Shown: positions 41,768 through 57,338, counted from the stretch's first letter. The stretch: DNA of 64,000 bases from the human T2T-CHM13v2.0 reference genome, Homo sapiens (GCF_009914755.1 NC_060929.1); one strand, 5' to 3'. Notes: generated by a model from the letters alone, not told the origin. Made by a program: numbers and translations.

Positions 41768-42510
41768 CTTTCATTCAAATAGAATGTTCAGATTCTGTAT
41801 AAAGGGGCCATGATCCTAGATGCCATGCATACAAACATGGTGTGTAGCCTCTAACAGCTCACAGCTCACTGTGGGAGACCTATATGTAAACAGGCAAGTT
41901 TAAAGCCATGTAGTAAATGAATAATGGAGTTTTATTCTTGAGAACATAAAGAAAGAAAAGAGCAATACATTTTCAGCAGGGGAAATGTTATAGATAAAAA
42001 GGCTTTTCAGAGGTGGTGCTGGGGCTGAGAAATAAAAAGTAAGTACTGATTCATGAGTCAAAGTTGGAATCAACATAGCATTATTTTCAAAGGGAATATC
42101 ATGAGTAAAGTGAAGAAGGCAGGAAAAAACACATTATAAAGAAGTAATTGAAAACAACTTTGTATTGCTCATTAATATATTACTAGGCACAGAGTGGAGT
42201 GATGAGTGGCCTGAGAAGGCCATCATTCTCTTGCAGTGGTCTGTAGACATTACTGAGTCATATGTGTCACTGAAGGCTTTAATGTATCTCTAATCCTTCT
42301 AGATTTAGCCTTTAGAACTCTCAGTCTGGAGTATAAGAAGAGATAGATTTAAAAGAAAAATGTTAGATGTAGAAAGACTTCTTAAGAAATACTTTGGGCC
42401 TTTACAACAAGAACGTTTAAAGAGTACACAGAGGAATATGAGCCTACAGAAGAGCAAAGGAATAAATTATTAGAAAACTACAAAGAAAGCCAAAAGAGAA
42501 TGGTATCCTA
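41768..42510 (-). mobile_element. L2 remnants
   Basis: TCATTCAAATA..CAGCTCACTGTGGGAGAC..GTAAACAGGCAA and downstream L2-like A/G-rich segments; heavily diverged. Confidence 0.55.
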
Positions 42511-44597
42511 GAAATGACAACAAAAGCAAAATAGCATATTTCTTCTGTGTTTATAATATGTATGAGTTTCTTTCAAGCTGTTAATAACTAGTCAATGGAA
42601 AAAAGGTTTCTCAGGCAAATACATCAGAGAAGTGCTGTTAACCAAGGAGAATTATTTTCTTTAATTCTTTAATTAAAATTCTTGGAAATGTAATGCCATA
42701 CTTTACACAACACAACCTTCCAAGAGGCACACAGAGTACATCATAGTGTGGGACAGATCAACTACAGTGAAATTCATATCCTTCACTGAGACTTTGATTC
42801 AACCAGCTGAACAAACTGTTATGCTGTATTTCTTAACTCCTCCCTCTCCTACATAACAGCCAAAGAATCACGAATTCCTAATCATTGTACCATTTAAATA
42901 TTTCTTCAATGATTCCACTTTTCTACTTTAATCACTTCCACCTAACATTCTATCATTTTTAACACATTTTGTTAGTCTTTTATTGAGTCTTTTCCTGTAT
43001 TATTTCATCAACTGCAGGATAAATAATACCTTTTATTTTTTCCTGCATATTTTCTTATAACTTATTGCTCTTCCTCCAGGGAGTATTTTGCATGAATTTC
43101 CCAGGACTTTCTAGAAAAAAAATAAAGACAGTTTTAGGTTTGTGATTTTCAAAAACTTGGAGAATTCTAATACTGGGGAAAACACTGATGAATTTTTGGA
43201 AAGTTGTCGATGCTGAATGCTACATAAAAAGATCACTATTTTTTTTCTTTTAGTGAAGAACGACAGTTCATAAGATAATTAGAAAGAAATAAAAAACTAG
43301 AATATTTGTCCACGTATATGAGAAAGATAACTGGCATCTTTCCATTTACATTACTTATATACTTGTAGACGGCCTTTACTTTTAAAAATATAGTTATGAC
43401 CAAGCAATCATCAAAAGCTTACATTAGAAAACTGTTACTTTGGATAAACAATACAATCTTTCACATGTCCTACCACGTCTTCAAAATCTCTCATCTGCCT
43501 CCTTCTCCAATCATCTGCTAATCTTCCCCCAGCATCTGTGTTCCAGAATGATATATGAGAGAACTTTCTTTGGCTGAAAATGGTATGCATAGCATTCCAG
43601 AAAACACAGATCTACCTGTGTTTTATAATACAAAGCAAAGGAAACACAAAAATATTCTCAAACTTCTGTATTCATGGGTTAATCAAAGACTTCTTTCATT
43701 CAAGAGGAATTGAATTTTAAAGAATAACTTTTCTTAAATTAGCCCTTCCTCAAAATTTCATTTGAAAATCCTAATATACTTCAAGTTTTCCTCATTGTCA
43801 ATTTAATTACTTCAACTATTAGGTTTTGAAAAAATTTTAAGCCAGTGAATTTCAAAATTATTAATTGCACAGTCTTAAATAGTGCCATAATTTTAGTTGT
43901 TTATTTTTCTGAGTCATCTATTTTGTTTCTATATTACTACTGTAATTTGAAAAGAATGTGATGCTTCTATTACATATTTTAAATTCATAATTTAACAATA
44001 AAAAAATTAACATATTATCAACATAAATATGTAAAAAACAATTTTATAAAATAATTTTAAAAAGTTTTTATATAGAGAAAATTCTCTGTGGTTCATTACT
44101 CAATAGGATGTGAATTCTAAATCAAATACAAAAGTAATTTTCATTTAGCTTTCTATTCTATTTTTTCTTGGGTTATAACTGCAAAAATATGCAAAATCCA
44201 ATTTTGTAATTATTTAAAGTAAAAATGAAAATGCATAAAAGAACAATCACTTCTGAATTTGTTTTCCTCCCTTTTGCAGTCAAATTAAATGAAATGATAA
44301 TTTTAAAGTGATATGCCAGAAACCTTCCTGGGACTTCCCACACCTCCCCACTTTATCAGGGAAAACAATCTACCAATTTTGCTGTTTTTCCATTTTCTAT
44401 TCAAATGCTAACCTCAATCAATCAATCATGTCAATTTGAACAGATTCAAATTCTACCTAGAATGAAGAGCATTTGAATTTCAAATGATATTGGGAATACA
44501 CACACAAAAAAATGAATTTATTTTTCTCTCAACTGATACTTGGGTCAGGATCAAACATCCTGTATGAAAGATATAGGACCTTGAGTTCCACATCTTT

Positions 44598-45487
44598 TGT
44601 TGATGAAGAGAGTCAAAATCTGTAAAATATTTGAGAAGATTTATTCTGAGCCAAATATGAGTGACCAATAGCCCTTAACACAGCTCCAGATCCTGAAAAC
44701 ATGTACTCAAGGTGGTCAGACTACAGTTTGGTTTTATATGTTTTAGGGAGACATCAATCAATACATGTAAGAGTTTCATTGGTTCCATCTAAAAAAGCAG
44801 GACAATTCAAAGTGTGGGGAGGCTTCCTGGTCATAGGTGGATTTAAAGATTTTCTGATTGACAATTAGTTGAAAGAGTTATTATCTAAAGACCTGGAGTC
44901 AATAGAAGGAAATGTCTGGGTTAAGATAAGGAGTTGGAAAGATCAAGGTCCTTATTGTGCAGATAATGCCTCCAGGTAGCAGGCTTCTGAGAGAAATGGT
45001 TGTGGATGTTTCTTATCGGACTTAAAAGGGTGCCACACTCTTAGTTAATTCTTTCTTGGATCAGAAAAAAGATCTTGAAAGTGAAGGTGATTCTCCACAG
45101 AATGTAGATTTTCCCCACAAGAAACAGCGTTGCAGGGTCTTTACAAAAATATGTCAAAGAAATATATTTTGGGGTAAAATATTTCCATTTATTTTAGGGC
45201 CTGTTATCTGTCATGTGATGCTACACTAGAGTCAGGTTGGAGTTGGATATCTTATTGCTACAAAGAGTCTGTTTCATCAGTCTTAAGATCTGTTGTAATG
45301 TTAATGGTGGTCAGTTGTGCCTGAATTCCAAAGGGAGGACGATATAATGAAACATATTCAACCCGTTTCTATCATGGCCTGAAGTAGATTTTCAAATTTA
45401 CTTTGGAATGCCAAATTTACTTTGGAAAGACCAAAAGTGGTGTTCATCAGTTACTTGAGGGGCTTAGAATTTTCTTTTTAATTTACA
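44598..45487 (-). mobile_element. MER4D/B-type solo LTR (ERV1)
   Basis: TGTTGATGAAGAGAGTCAAAATCTGTAAAATATTTGAGAAGATTTATTCTGAGCCAAATATGAGTGACC..GGGGCTTAGAATTTT..TTTACA; TSD CTTT/CTTT. Confidence 0.92.
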
Positions 45488-46808
45488 CTTTGATGAAAGT
45501 CTTTATTTTTAAGTGTAAGGGAAAATATTTAGAAAGAGATTGCATATACAACTGAGATTGTAGCCTCTCTTAATGCTTGGAGTGTGTACTTGGAAATTCA
45601 CAGCTTCCATAACTTTGATGGAAAACTTTGAATTAAAATATTGTATTGCATTTTCATAATCTAACAAAATAAATGTGTTTGAAAATAAATGATGTAAGCA
45701 CAACTTTCAGAAGAGCTCCTTGTGTATGGTTTGTAGTGCCAACTAGATTTAAACAGAGCAGCTGGTTCCTGGGCGGGATTCCCTATGGTCTTGTGGATAG
45801 ATGTGTTCCCAGTAGTTAGGAGACTTCTATTTTATTGTTTCTGACAAGCATAGCAGTCTGGTCACAGGTGTGGAAAGATAGCTTAAAAGAAAAAAAGCAA
45901 AACATACCCAAATTTTTGGCTGTCATTTTTATTACATTTTCATAGAACTTAAAGTAAACAAAAGTTATAATTTTTAAAATGTGACATCTAAAAGCTTGCT
46001 TTATATTATTATCAGTTGAAAATCTACTTTTTATAAAATATGTATTTGCTGTGCTTACATTGTTTGTGTCCTACCTAACATCCTCACATATATTTTAATG
46101 GATTAATAATGTAATAGTTTTTATTTATTCATTAAATCATTCCTTCATTTAGTTCAATGGGAACATCTAAAATGGCATTCAATGGCAAGACTTGTTATTA
46201 AACAGTATACGATATTAATTTGGTAGCTTTACAAATATTATATATTTGTTTAACTTTACTTTCGGTATAAAGCAGGAATTATAGGAGTTGGATCAAGTGA
46301 AACATTGATCATTAAATCACATGTTCTAATTACGTAAAGAGTTTCACTCTTCTCACCTTTGGCTTCCTTTATAGTTCTTATAGAAACATATATTTTTCCT
46401 GATATAGTCTTTTACTTTAATTACAGATAATTTAGTATCCAGATCTAATTCTTTTTTGTAATATGTTTCACTGCCTGGTTCTCCTCAATTTCTGCTATTT
46501 TCCTTAGTATTAATTATCCTCTTGCTTCTCTACCTCTGTAGTGTTTTGTAAATTTATACATCTCCATAGATTTATAAAGCATGTATCTCAAAACAACTTG
46601 ATCCCTTTCTAAGGTTTCTTTCACACTTTTCAATGTGATTTTAGAGTTCTTGCAGTCTAATCACTTTAAGCACCCCGAAAAAAGCCAAAATATGAATAAA
46701 AAGAGTATATTGGAGTCAGAAATATTTTGCTGCACCATTGAAAATATTTGTCATATATGTAAATATGGTTCATGGACCTCAGAAGGATTGACACTTTCAG
46801 GAATCCCA

Positions 46809-47642
<834 letters not shown>

Positions 47643-47689
47643 CTAAACCGTCTCCATAATAATACTCAGATGTTATTTGGCCTTTCTTC

Positions 47690-50600
47690 TCTTTTTGAAT
47701 TTGAAATAACTATGCAAAATCAATAGCAGATAAAACTATTGGAACCCTTAGCATCAGTTGCTTGACTGACTGTCTTGGGATTGCTACTATATTACTATTT
47801 ACTGTGTATGTCAACACCACACACTTGGGGAAAAAAAAGGAAAAAAAGAAGAATGGCTTAAAAATGTTCTTTTAAAGCTAGTCAGATAACGTTACATTTT
47901 AATATTCTGTGTGGTGAAATTAGAAGTACACATAAGGCACTTTTGTCGCCTACTGAAGTGTGACAGATCATGGGTAAAAGCACATAAGGGACTGAGTTCT
48001 GAACTGAATGAGCCATATTTTCCAAGGAACAACAATTTTATTGGAAAGAATGACACAAACTCTGGTTACTCAACTTGGGTTTTGGCAGATATTTAAGAAA
48101 ATCGGCAAAATGAGCCTGTCACTTCAAAACAAATAACTGATAGTGTTTGCTTTAAATACCAACATTTTTGCCTCCCAGTTAAGGTTAGAATTTGGGAAAA
48201 TCTAATGGCCACCATGAGCTTGACAGCTTCCAACACTTAAAGGAAATATATCAACATTTGAAAAATTTGCATAATCACTGAACTGATATTTTCTAAGTGG
48301 CAAATGCATGATAATCATACACATGTTAAAGATTTACCCAAAGTGCAAGATATTCCAACTTCTTTTAAGGCAATAAAGTATGAAAAGTTCATTGAAATAA
48401 TTTCAAATTAGAAGTTGCAAATAACCTTTATTTAAGTAACTACCACATACCAAATCTTGGTGTGGTATCAAAGACAAATATCGACAATTACCACGGAAGG
48501 TAATTCAAATATTCCTCCCATTTCCAAATATACATCTGTGTAATGATGAATCTTCTCTATACACATTTTTAAAAAGTGAATCTGGAAAAAGACTGAGATA
48601 CAAATAAGAAATTTCAATTGCCCTGTACTAACCCAAATATTAAATATGTATGCAAAACTACAAAAAAGTTCTTCTCTTGTCATGGTTATTTTTTTGACAA
48701 TAGAGTTTCTATGAGAAATAGGCTATTTATGTTAACATGATAAGTCTTATTTTATTGGTATATAAAAATATTTGTATTATTCCATTCTTACTCTACTGTA
48801 AAAAAACTACCTGAGATTGAGTAATTTATAAAGGAAAGAGGTTTAATTGGCTCACAGTTCTGCAGACCGTACAGGAAGTATGGAAGGTGAGGCCTCAGGA
48901 AACTTACAATCATAGCAGAAGGCAAAGAGGAAGGAGGCACATCTTCACATGGCCAGAGCGGGAAGAAGAAAAAGGAGGAGGTGCTACACACTTTTAAACA
49001 ACCAGAACTCATAAGAAATTACTCACTATTATGAAAACAGTAAGGGGGAAATCCACCCCCATGATCCAATCACCTCCCACAGGTGCCCTCCTCCAACACT
49101 GAGGATTACAATTTGCCATGAGATTTGAGTGGGGACACAGAGTCAAACCATATTCTTTCACCCTGGCCCCTCTCAAATCTCATGTGCTTGTCACATTGCG
49201 AAATACAATTATTCCTTTTCAACAGTTCCCCAGTCTTAACTCATTTTATCATTAACTCAAAAGCCTACATTCCAAAGTCTCATCTAAGGCAAGGTAAGTC
49301 CCTTCTGCTTATGAGCCTGTCAAATCAAAAACAATTTATTTACTTCCAAGAGACAATGGGGGTATAGGCTTTGAGTAAATGCTCCCCTTTCCAAAAGGAT
49401 TGGCCAAAACAGAGACTGCAAGCTCCATGCAAGTCTGAAAAACAGCAGGGCAGGTATTAAATCTTAAACTTCAAAATAATCTCCTTTGGCTCCATGTTTC
49501 ACATCCAGGCCACACTGATGCAATGGGTTGTCTCCCAAGGCTTTGGACAGCTCTGCTTTTCTGGCTCTGCTGGGTTCACCTCCCATGGCTGCTCTCAAGA
49601 GCTGCTGTTGAATGCCTGCAGCTTTTGCAGGTGCATGCTGCAAGTTGCCAGTGTATCTACCATTCTAGGCTCTGGAGGATGGTGACCCTCTTCTTTCAGC
49701 TCCACTAGGCAGTGCCCCAGTGGGGACTTGGTGTGGAGGCTCTAAGCCCACGTTTCCACTCCACATTGCACTAGTAGAGGATCTCCATAAGGGCTCCGCC
49801 CCTGCAGCAGACTTCCTACTAGACATGCAGACATTTTTATACATCCACTGAAATCTAGGTGGAAACTCTCAAGCCTCAACTCTTGCCCTCTGTGCACCTG
49901 CAGGTTTAACACTACATGGAAGTTACCAAGGCTTATGACTGGCACCCTCTGGAGAAGCAGCCTGAAACATACCTGGGGCCCTTTTAACCACAGCTCCAGC
50001 TGGAGTAGCTGGGATGCTGAGAGCAGTGTCTCAAGGTTGTGCAGGGGAGTGAGGCCATGGGCATGGTCCACAAAGCCATTTTTCCCTTCTAGGCCTCCAG
50101 ATCTGTGATGGTAGGGACTGCCATGAAGCACTCTGTAATGTCTTCCAGGCATTTTCCCCATTGTCTTAGCTATTAACATTCAGCCCCTCCTTACTTATGC
50201 AAATTTCTGCAGCCTGCTTAAAAACTGGTTTCTCTTTTCTACCACATGGTCAGGCTGCAGATTTTCTATACTTTTATGTTTTGTTTTCCTTTCAAATATA
50301 AGTTCCAGTTTCACATTATCTCTTTGCTCATGCATATGACAATACACTATTAGAAGCAGCCAGTTCACATCTTGAACGCATTGCTGTTTAGAAATTACTT
50401 TTTGTCAGATACCCTAAATTATCATTGTCAAGTCCAAAGTTCCACAGATTCCTAGAGTATGGGAACAATGCCTCCCCAATCTCCTTGCTAAAGCAGAGAA
50501 AGAGTTACCTTTACTCCAGTTCCTGATAAGTTCCTCATTTCCATCTGAGACAACCTCAGCCTGTACTTCATTGTCTACATCACTGATCACAACAATTTAA

Positions 50601-51305
50601 CAAGCCTCTAGGAAATTCCAACATTTCCTAATCTATCTATCTTCTTCTGAGTCCTCCAGATTGTTCCAGCTTCTGCTCATTATCCAGACCCAAAGCTGTT
50701 TCTACATTTTCAGGTATCTTTATAGCAATGCCCCACTTTCCAGTACCAACTTTCTGTATAAGTCAGTTCTTGCACTTCTACAGAAAACGACCTGAGACTG
50801 GCTTATTTATTTAAAAAAAAAAAAAAAAGGTTTAATGAGCTCACAGTTATGCAGGCTGTACATGAAGCATGATGTACATAGAAATTTACAATCAGGGAGA
50901 AAGGTGAAGAGGAAGGAGACACATCTTCACATGGCCAGAGCAGGAAAAAGAGAAGGGGGAGGTACTACAAACTTTAAAAAAAAAATCAGATCCCATGAGA
51001 ACTCACTATCATGAGAACAGCAAAGGGAAAGGCCGCCCCCATGATCTAATCACCTCCCACCAGGCCTCTCCTTCAACACTGAGGGTTACAATTCAAAATG
51101 AGATTTTGGTGGGGACAGAAATCCAAACCATATCAATATCAATAAATAGTATTCAATAAAATATAAACAATATTTAAACATTATTAGTTGTAATTACCAA
51201 TACAGTAAATAGAGAGACAGAAATAGTAATTTAGACTATTTAGAACTTCTATAATAGTTTTAAATATAAAGGCATCCTGAAAGCAAAAAGTTTAAGGGCT
51301 TCTGG
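47690..51305 (+). mobile_element. Charlie1-type hAT DNA transposon remnant, split by MSTA (pieces about 47690-48772 and 51136-51305)
   Basis: TTGGGTTTTGGCAGATATT..TGAGCCTGTCACTTCAA..CCATGAGCTTGACAGCTTCCAACACTTAAAG; right end CATCCTGAAAGCAAAAAGTTTAAGGGCTTCTG resembles the Charlie1 terminus. Confidence 0.75.
48773..51135 (-). mobile_element. MSTA-type complete MaLR provirus (LTR 48773-49155, internal, LTR 50755-51135)
   Basis: Two direct LTRs (ACCTGAGA.TG..CACATCTTCACATGGCCAGAGC..AATCACCTCCCAC..CAAACCATAT) flanking about 1.6 kb of internal sequence; TSD ATATT/ATATC. Confidence 0.94.
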
Positions 51306-51564
51306 GTTAATATATTAAAAATATTTCCTATAACAATATTAAGCAATTAATGTATAAGTATCTTTTCTTCTCTTTTGGAAACTGAGTACATTAATTGTAA
51401 TGCAAATAGCAGAGTAAAAGTTTGCATTAGTTCTAAGACATTGTCAACATACTAAGAATACCAAAAAATTATAAGAACTATTGCTTCTTTTATATTCTGA
51501 GTTCCCAGAGTGACTCTATTTCCATGATACCCTGACAAAAATTTATTTTTAGAAAACTATTTTG

Positions 51565-52746
51565 TATCGGGGGAACCAGCCCCCAATATTTCAATGTAGG
51601 TCCTTTCTATTTTCCCTAAGTGTCGACCGTCTGAGAAATAAAGAGAAAGAGTACAAAGAGAGGAATTTTACAGCTGGGCCTCCAGGGGTGACATCACATA
51701 TCAGTAGGTTCATGATGTTCCCTGAGCCACAAAACCAGCAGATTTTTATTAAGGACTTTAAAAGGGGAGGGTGTGTGTGAACAGGGAGTAGGTCACAAAG
51801 ATCACATGCTTTAAAGGGCAATAAAGATCACAAAGCAAAGGGCAAAGCAAAGACCACAAGGCAAAGGGCAAAATTAGAATTACTGATGATGGTCTATGTT
51901 CGGCTGCACACATATTGTCTTGATAAACATCTTAAACAACAGAAAACAGGGTTCGAGAGCAGAGAACCGGTCTGACCTCAAATTTACCAGGGCAGGATCT
52001 TTTCCCCACCTTAATAAGCCTGAGGGTACTGCAGGAGACCAGGGCATATTTCAGTTCTTATCTCAACTGCATAAGACAGACACTCCCAGAGCGGCTGTTT
52101 ATAGACCTCCCCCCAGGAATGCTTTCCTTCCCCAGGGTATTAATTATTAATATTCCTTGCTGGGAAAAGAATTCAGTGATATCTCTCCTACTTGCATGTC
52201 CAATTATAGGCTGTCTGCAAGAAGAAAAATATGGCTCTATTCTGCCCAACCCCACATGCAGTCAGACCTTTGGTTGTCTTCCCTTGTTCCCTAAAATCGC
52301 TGTTATTCTGTTCGTTTTCAAGGTGCACTAATTTCATATTGTTCAAACACACACGTTTTACAATCAGTTTGTAAAATAGTGGTCCTGAGGTGACATACAT
52401 TCTCAGCTTATGAAGATAACAGGATTAAGAGATTAAAGACAGGCATAGGAAATTATAAGAGTATTAATTTTGGGAATTGATAAATGTCCATGAAAACTTC
52501 ACAATTTATGTTCAGAGATTGCAGTAAAGACAGGCATAAGAATTTATAAAAGTGTTAATTTTGGGAACTGATAAATGTCCATGAAAACTTCACAAATTAT
52601 GTTCAGAGATTGCAGTAAAGACAGGCGTAAGAATTTACAAAAGTATTAATTTTGGGAACTGATAAATGTCCATGAAATCTTCACAATTTATGTTCCTCTG
52701 CCTTGGCTCCAGCCGGTCCCTCCATTCGGAGTCCCTGACTTCCTGC
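51565..52746 (-). mobile_element. MER11 solo LTR (HERV-K11/HML-8)
   Basis: TATCGGGGGAACCAGCCCCCAATATTTCAA..CCGGTCCCTCCATTCGGAGTCCCTGACTTCCTGC; 6-bp TSD ATTTTG/ATTTTG as expected for ERVK. Confidence 0.95.
52434..52695. repeat. 91-bp tandem repeat, about 2.9 copies, inside MER11
   Basis: TAAAGACAGGC..TTAATTTTGGGAA.TGATAAATGTCCATGAAA..TTCACAA.TTATGTTC starts at 52434, 52525 and 52616. Confidence 0.95.
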
Positions 52747-53068
52747 ATTTTGTCCTATTTTGGATTCCAGTGTTTTAATATTTAGAAAATGCGGAAGATA
52801 ATACACTAATAGTCAATAACAATGCTTTGTTTATGGGGTATAAATCAAGTATAAAAATCATTTTTAGAAGAATAAAATGTTAGTACGTTGTAAAATTCTC
52901 AGAGTGTAGGAAAGAAAACATGAGAAAAAAAGAACGGCTAATAAGAAAAGAATTTCCAATGACAAAAATGTGTACAAAACTATAGTCCTTTGTTACTTTC
53001 AGTGAATCCAATTAATTAAAGTGATTGAAGTATATGACTTCTATTTATATAAAGCAAGACTGGCTAAT

Positions 53069-54505
53069 ATTTTTAATTTTTAAATTTTAAGTTGTGGGAT
53101 ACATGTGCAGAATGTGTCAGTTTGTTACACAGGTATACATGTGCCATAGTGGTCTGCTGCACCTATGAACCCATCATCTAAGTTTTAAGCCCCACATGCA
53201 TTAGGTATTTGTCCTAATGATTTCCCTCCTCTTCCATCCCAACCCCCAACAGGCCCTGGTGTGTGATGTTCCTCTCCCTGTGCCCATGTGTTCTCATTGT
53301 TCAACTTGCACTTATGAGTGAGAACATGCGGTGTTTAGTTTTCTGTTCCTGTGTTAGTTTGCTGAGAATGATGGTTTCCAGCTTAATCCACATCCCTGCA
53401 AAAGACATGAACTTGTTCTTTTTAATGGCTGCATAGAATTCCATGGTGTATACATGCCACATTTTCTTTATCCAGTCTATTATTGATGGGCATCTGGGTT
53501 GGTCCCAAGTCTTTCCTATCATAAATAGTGCTGTAAATAAACATACGTGTGCATGCGTCTTTATAGTAGAATGATTTATAATCCTTTGGGTATATACCCA
53601 GTAATGACATTGCTGGGTCAAATGGTATTTCTAGTTCTAGATCCTTGAGGAATCGCAACACTGTCTTCCACAATGGTTGAACTAATTTACTCTCCCATCA
53701 ACAGTGTAAAAGTGTTCCTATTTCTCCAGATCCCTGTCAGCATCTGTTGTTTCCTTACTTTTTAGTGATCGCCATTCTAACTGGCATGAGATGGTATCTC
53801 ATTGTGGTTTTGATTTGCATTTCTCTAATGACCAGTGATGATGAGCTTTTTTTCATATGTTTGTTGGCTGCATAAATGTCTTCTTTTAAGCATCTGTTCA
53901 TACCCTTGGCCCACTTTTTGATGGGGTTGTTTGGTTTTTTATTGTAAATTTGTTTAAGTTCCTTGTAGATTCTGGGTATTAGACCTTTGTCAGATGGCTA
54001 GAGTGCAAAAATTTTCTCCCGTTCTGTAGGTTGCCTGTTCACTCTGATGATAGTTTCTTTTGCTGTGCAGAAGCTCTTTGGTTCAATTAGATTCCATTTG
54101 TCAATTTTGGCTTTTGTTGCAATTGCTTTTGGCATTTTAGTCATGAAGTCTTTGCCCATGCCTATATCCTGAATGGTATTGCCTAGGTTTTCATCTAGGG
54201 TTTTTATGGTTTTAGGTTTTATGTTTAAGCCTTTAATACATCTCGAGTTAATTTTTGTATAAGGTGTAAAGAAGGGTTCCAGTTTCAGTTTTCTGCATAT
54301 GGCTAGCCAGTTTTCCCAGCATGATTTATGAAATAGGGAATCCTTTCCCCATTACTTGTTTTTGTTAGGTTTATCAAAGATCAGATGGTTGTAGATGTGT
54401 GGTGTTATTTCTGAGGCCTCTGTTCTGTTGTGTTGGTCTATACATCTGTTTTGTTACCAGTACCATGCTGTTTTGGTTACTGTAGCCTTGTAGTATAGTG
54501 TGAAG
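53069..54505 (-). mobile_element. L1PA7/8-like LINE-1, 5'-truncated (about 1.4 kb)
   Basis: 3' end GATACATGTGCAGAATGTG..AAGCCCCACATGCATTAGGTATTTGTCCTAATG; ORF2 C-terminal peptides (IPFDPAMSLLGIYPKDYKSFYYKDACTRMFI; WIKKMWHVYTMEFYAAIKK); TSD AAGACTGGCTAAT / AAGACAAGCTAAT. Confidence 0.96.
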
Positions 54506-57267
54506 ACAAGCTAATTTTCTTTCCTGTTCATTTTTTGTCTGTTTTTAAAATTATTATTATTTTTAATTTGTTTTTTTAGGGAGAGGTAGTAAAAGGGACA
54601 TTATATGCTATCATTGCTAGTGGAAAAATGATCATATATAACGTTGCCACTTATATTTAAAGATTAGAAAAAATATTGTAATCACTAAAGGAAGCTAAGT
54701 AATGATCCCAATTTCCAGCAAAGCTATTAGAGAAGTTCAGTAATTAGATCAACTTCATTAAGTATTAGAAAAAGCTAAATTTTTGGGTAAATCTTTGAAA
54801 CATTATGAATTGAGAAACAATTTTATATCACAAATCTAAAAGTCTCTTTCTTATGAATCTTTCAGGATATTAGTAGATAACTCAGAAATATTATAACATT
54901 ATAAAATCAAAATGTCCTTTGGACCTAAATGTTAAGAGTTCCTCTTTATGCTTTCATAACCCAGCCCCTTCCCACCACAGTTTCTTAATACCTGTTTATT
55001 TGCATTGTTCAACAAAGACTACAATAGTATAATTATAGCAAAGGCAAAATGTTGCTGTTGTGGTCTTAATCTTAAACTGGAAAAAAAAGTAATCTGGAAA
55101 GCAATCTTTCTTACAATTGGCACAAAAACGATTACAAGGCTCTCAGCAGGTTCAGAATTAATAAAGCTTAAAATAAGCAAGCAAAAAAAATCCTAGATTC
55201 CTTATCTCTCATCTAACCAACATTATTGGAATATTAAAGTCAATAACTGGCCCAATTATGCTATAGAAAATATTATCTTTGTTAACTTTTATTTACCTTA
55301 CACAGTAATGTAATTAAAAATTATAAGTACTATCAAATAACATCAACATATATGAGACTTCAACTTCTTTAAAATAGAATTAAGCACTGAATCAAATTCT
55401 GTACTTACACCAGAATCTACCTAGTACATGACCTCATTGTAATCACACCAAATTACCTGCCAATATTTATCTACTCATATCCTGCTCTTAAAGTATTCCC
55501 AAAATGATATTAATAAAGTAAAAGAAAATTGTCATAAATAGCATTTCTTCTAGGAGTTATATTTTGACTGTTTAGCCCAGAACCCTTTGGGTTTTGTCTA
55601 TCTTAAACACCAGCAAACTAAATGCCTTCAGTAACAATATACATATACATATTTTTTAAAAACTGAATATTAAGCATTTTTAATAGCATTTTTAAGAGTG
55701 GACAATCTTTTTTTAACCTCATTGTATTTAAAAATAATAGAAACAGGCATCAAAATGGACACAGCAAGAAGCATGTTAATTGTTTCTGAATGGAGAATTA
55801 GGTGCTCTGGCTTGTCCTTGAACATTAAGAACAGATGTATCGTAATTTGTTATTATCTACATTCATCTTGTTTCAGTAATTTCATATTTTGCTTTCTAGT
55901 TTCAAATTGGGATTCCTTGACTAGAATAAGATCTTGTTCATTCTGAAGGGAGTTTTGCCTCAGTATGCATTTTCTAACTTGCCTTAAATAATAAATTCAA
56001 TAGTTAAGCTAGCTAGGCAAAGAGGAGTCAACAGTTGTTAAACACCCTCTTCAATGTTTATAGCCAAAGATACTGGTTAGGGTGGTGGGAATCCATTCTG
56101 AAGATACAAATTCTGAAATCAAGTAGTTTTGCAGAGAAGTGGCCAGCAAGAAATGTTAAGGTAGGAACTTAAATCATTGATAATGTGAACTTAGGTACTT
56201 TGGCCCTTTCCAAGGATCAGAGTTGCTTGTCGGGTCATGTGAGGGGACCTACGAGACCACACTTTTATATTAGTGCTGAGAACTAAGCAGTAGAGAAGAA
56301 AATTAGGGAAAGGAAGAATCACATGACCCTTCCAGGAGGAAATAACAAGAGTGGTGAGATCTTTTATGGCTATCCACAAAATAATAGTATTATTCAAGTA
56401 AAGGATGAAGTATCTTAATTCAACTTCTTTCATAAAAACACTTTATGAAGAAATGAATAGTTCCTTTTACTATTCTCTATTAAAATCTACAAGAATATTG
56501 CTCCAAATAAAAAATACGTTACAATTTGTTTACTGGTGCTTGTGAAATATTTTCTAGTCACGAGCAACAGAACAAATAATATTTGTTGATTTCAAAACAC
56601 ATCACAGAAGCATAAGCCTTTGAAAATAAAGATGCATAATCAAGGTATAAAATATTCTTAATGCCTTGCTAATTATGTTTAGAAGCACAGAAGCTTAATA
56701 AATTCAAAATAGCATGAGAAATAGAAGTGCAATTCCATCAGTCAAAATAAAGAATGGGTTCAAAGTGTTTAAACTTCAAAAGCACTATAAGATGCAGTAG
56801 TCTTATAGACATCATTAAATCACAGATATTGGAGAGCTCATTAGATTAGATTTCTTTAAAGGACTTTAAATTCAGGCATGATTATTACTATGAGCAAAGT
56901 GAAGAGAGTTAATATATTAGCCCTAAGAGGTTAATAACTTATCAGCCAAATCTCTTATAAAGTGGATTTGTTAGGTAAAAATCTAATAACTTTGAATACA
57001 ACTTAAACAAATAAATAATTTAAATTAAAATGGAATAATTTTAAGAAGACCAAGAAATGTAATTAGAATTGGAATGCCAAATCATCAATAGCTACTGTTC
57101 ATCGAGTAGTTTATATGTGGCAAGCAGAACACAATATTGTCCATTTAAATGGCATCATCACATAATACATTAACATGACAGATTACATAGATTATATTAT
57201 ATACATTATATATGGATAGATTATATGTAGAGAGGTTATATAGATTAAGAAATCCATATAGTGTGTC

Positions 57268-57338
57268 TCGTTTAATCCTCAAAGCAACAAAACATGGTAG
57301 GTTCTGTTAGTATTATCCCATTTTACAGATGGGAGTAT
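57268..57338 (-). mobile_element. MIR fragment
   Basis: TTTAATCCTCAAAGCAAC..GTATTATCCCATTTTACAGATGGGA. Confidence 0.75.

Noticed and set aside
52434-52695. CRISPR-like array
   Set aside because: The context is eukaryotic and the units are contiguous tandem copies without unique spacers.
57175-57250. GATTA(C/T)AT-like reiterations
   Set aside because: Degenerate AT-rich low-complexity sequence with no regular period.
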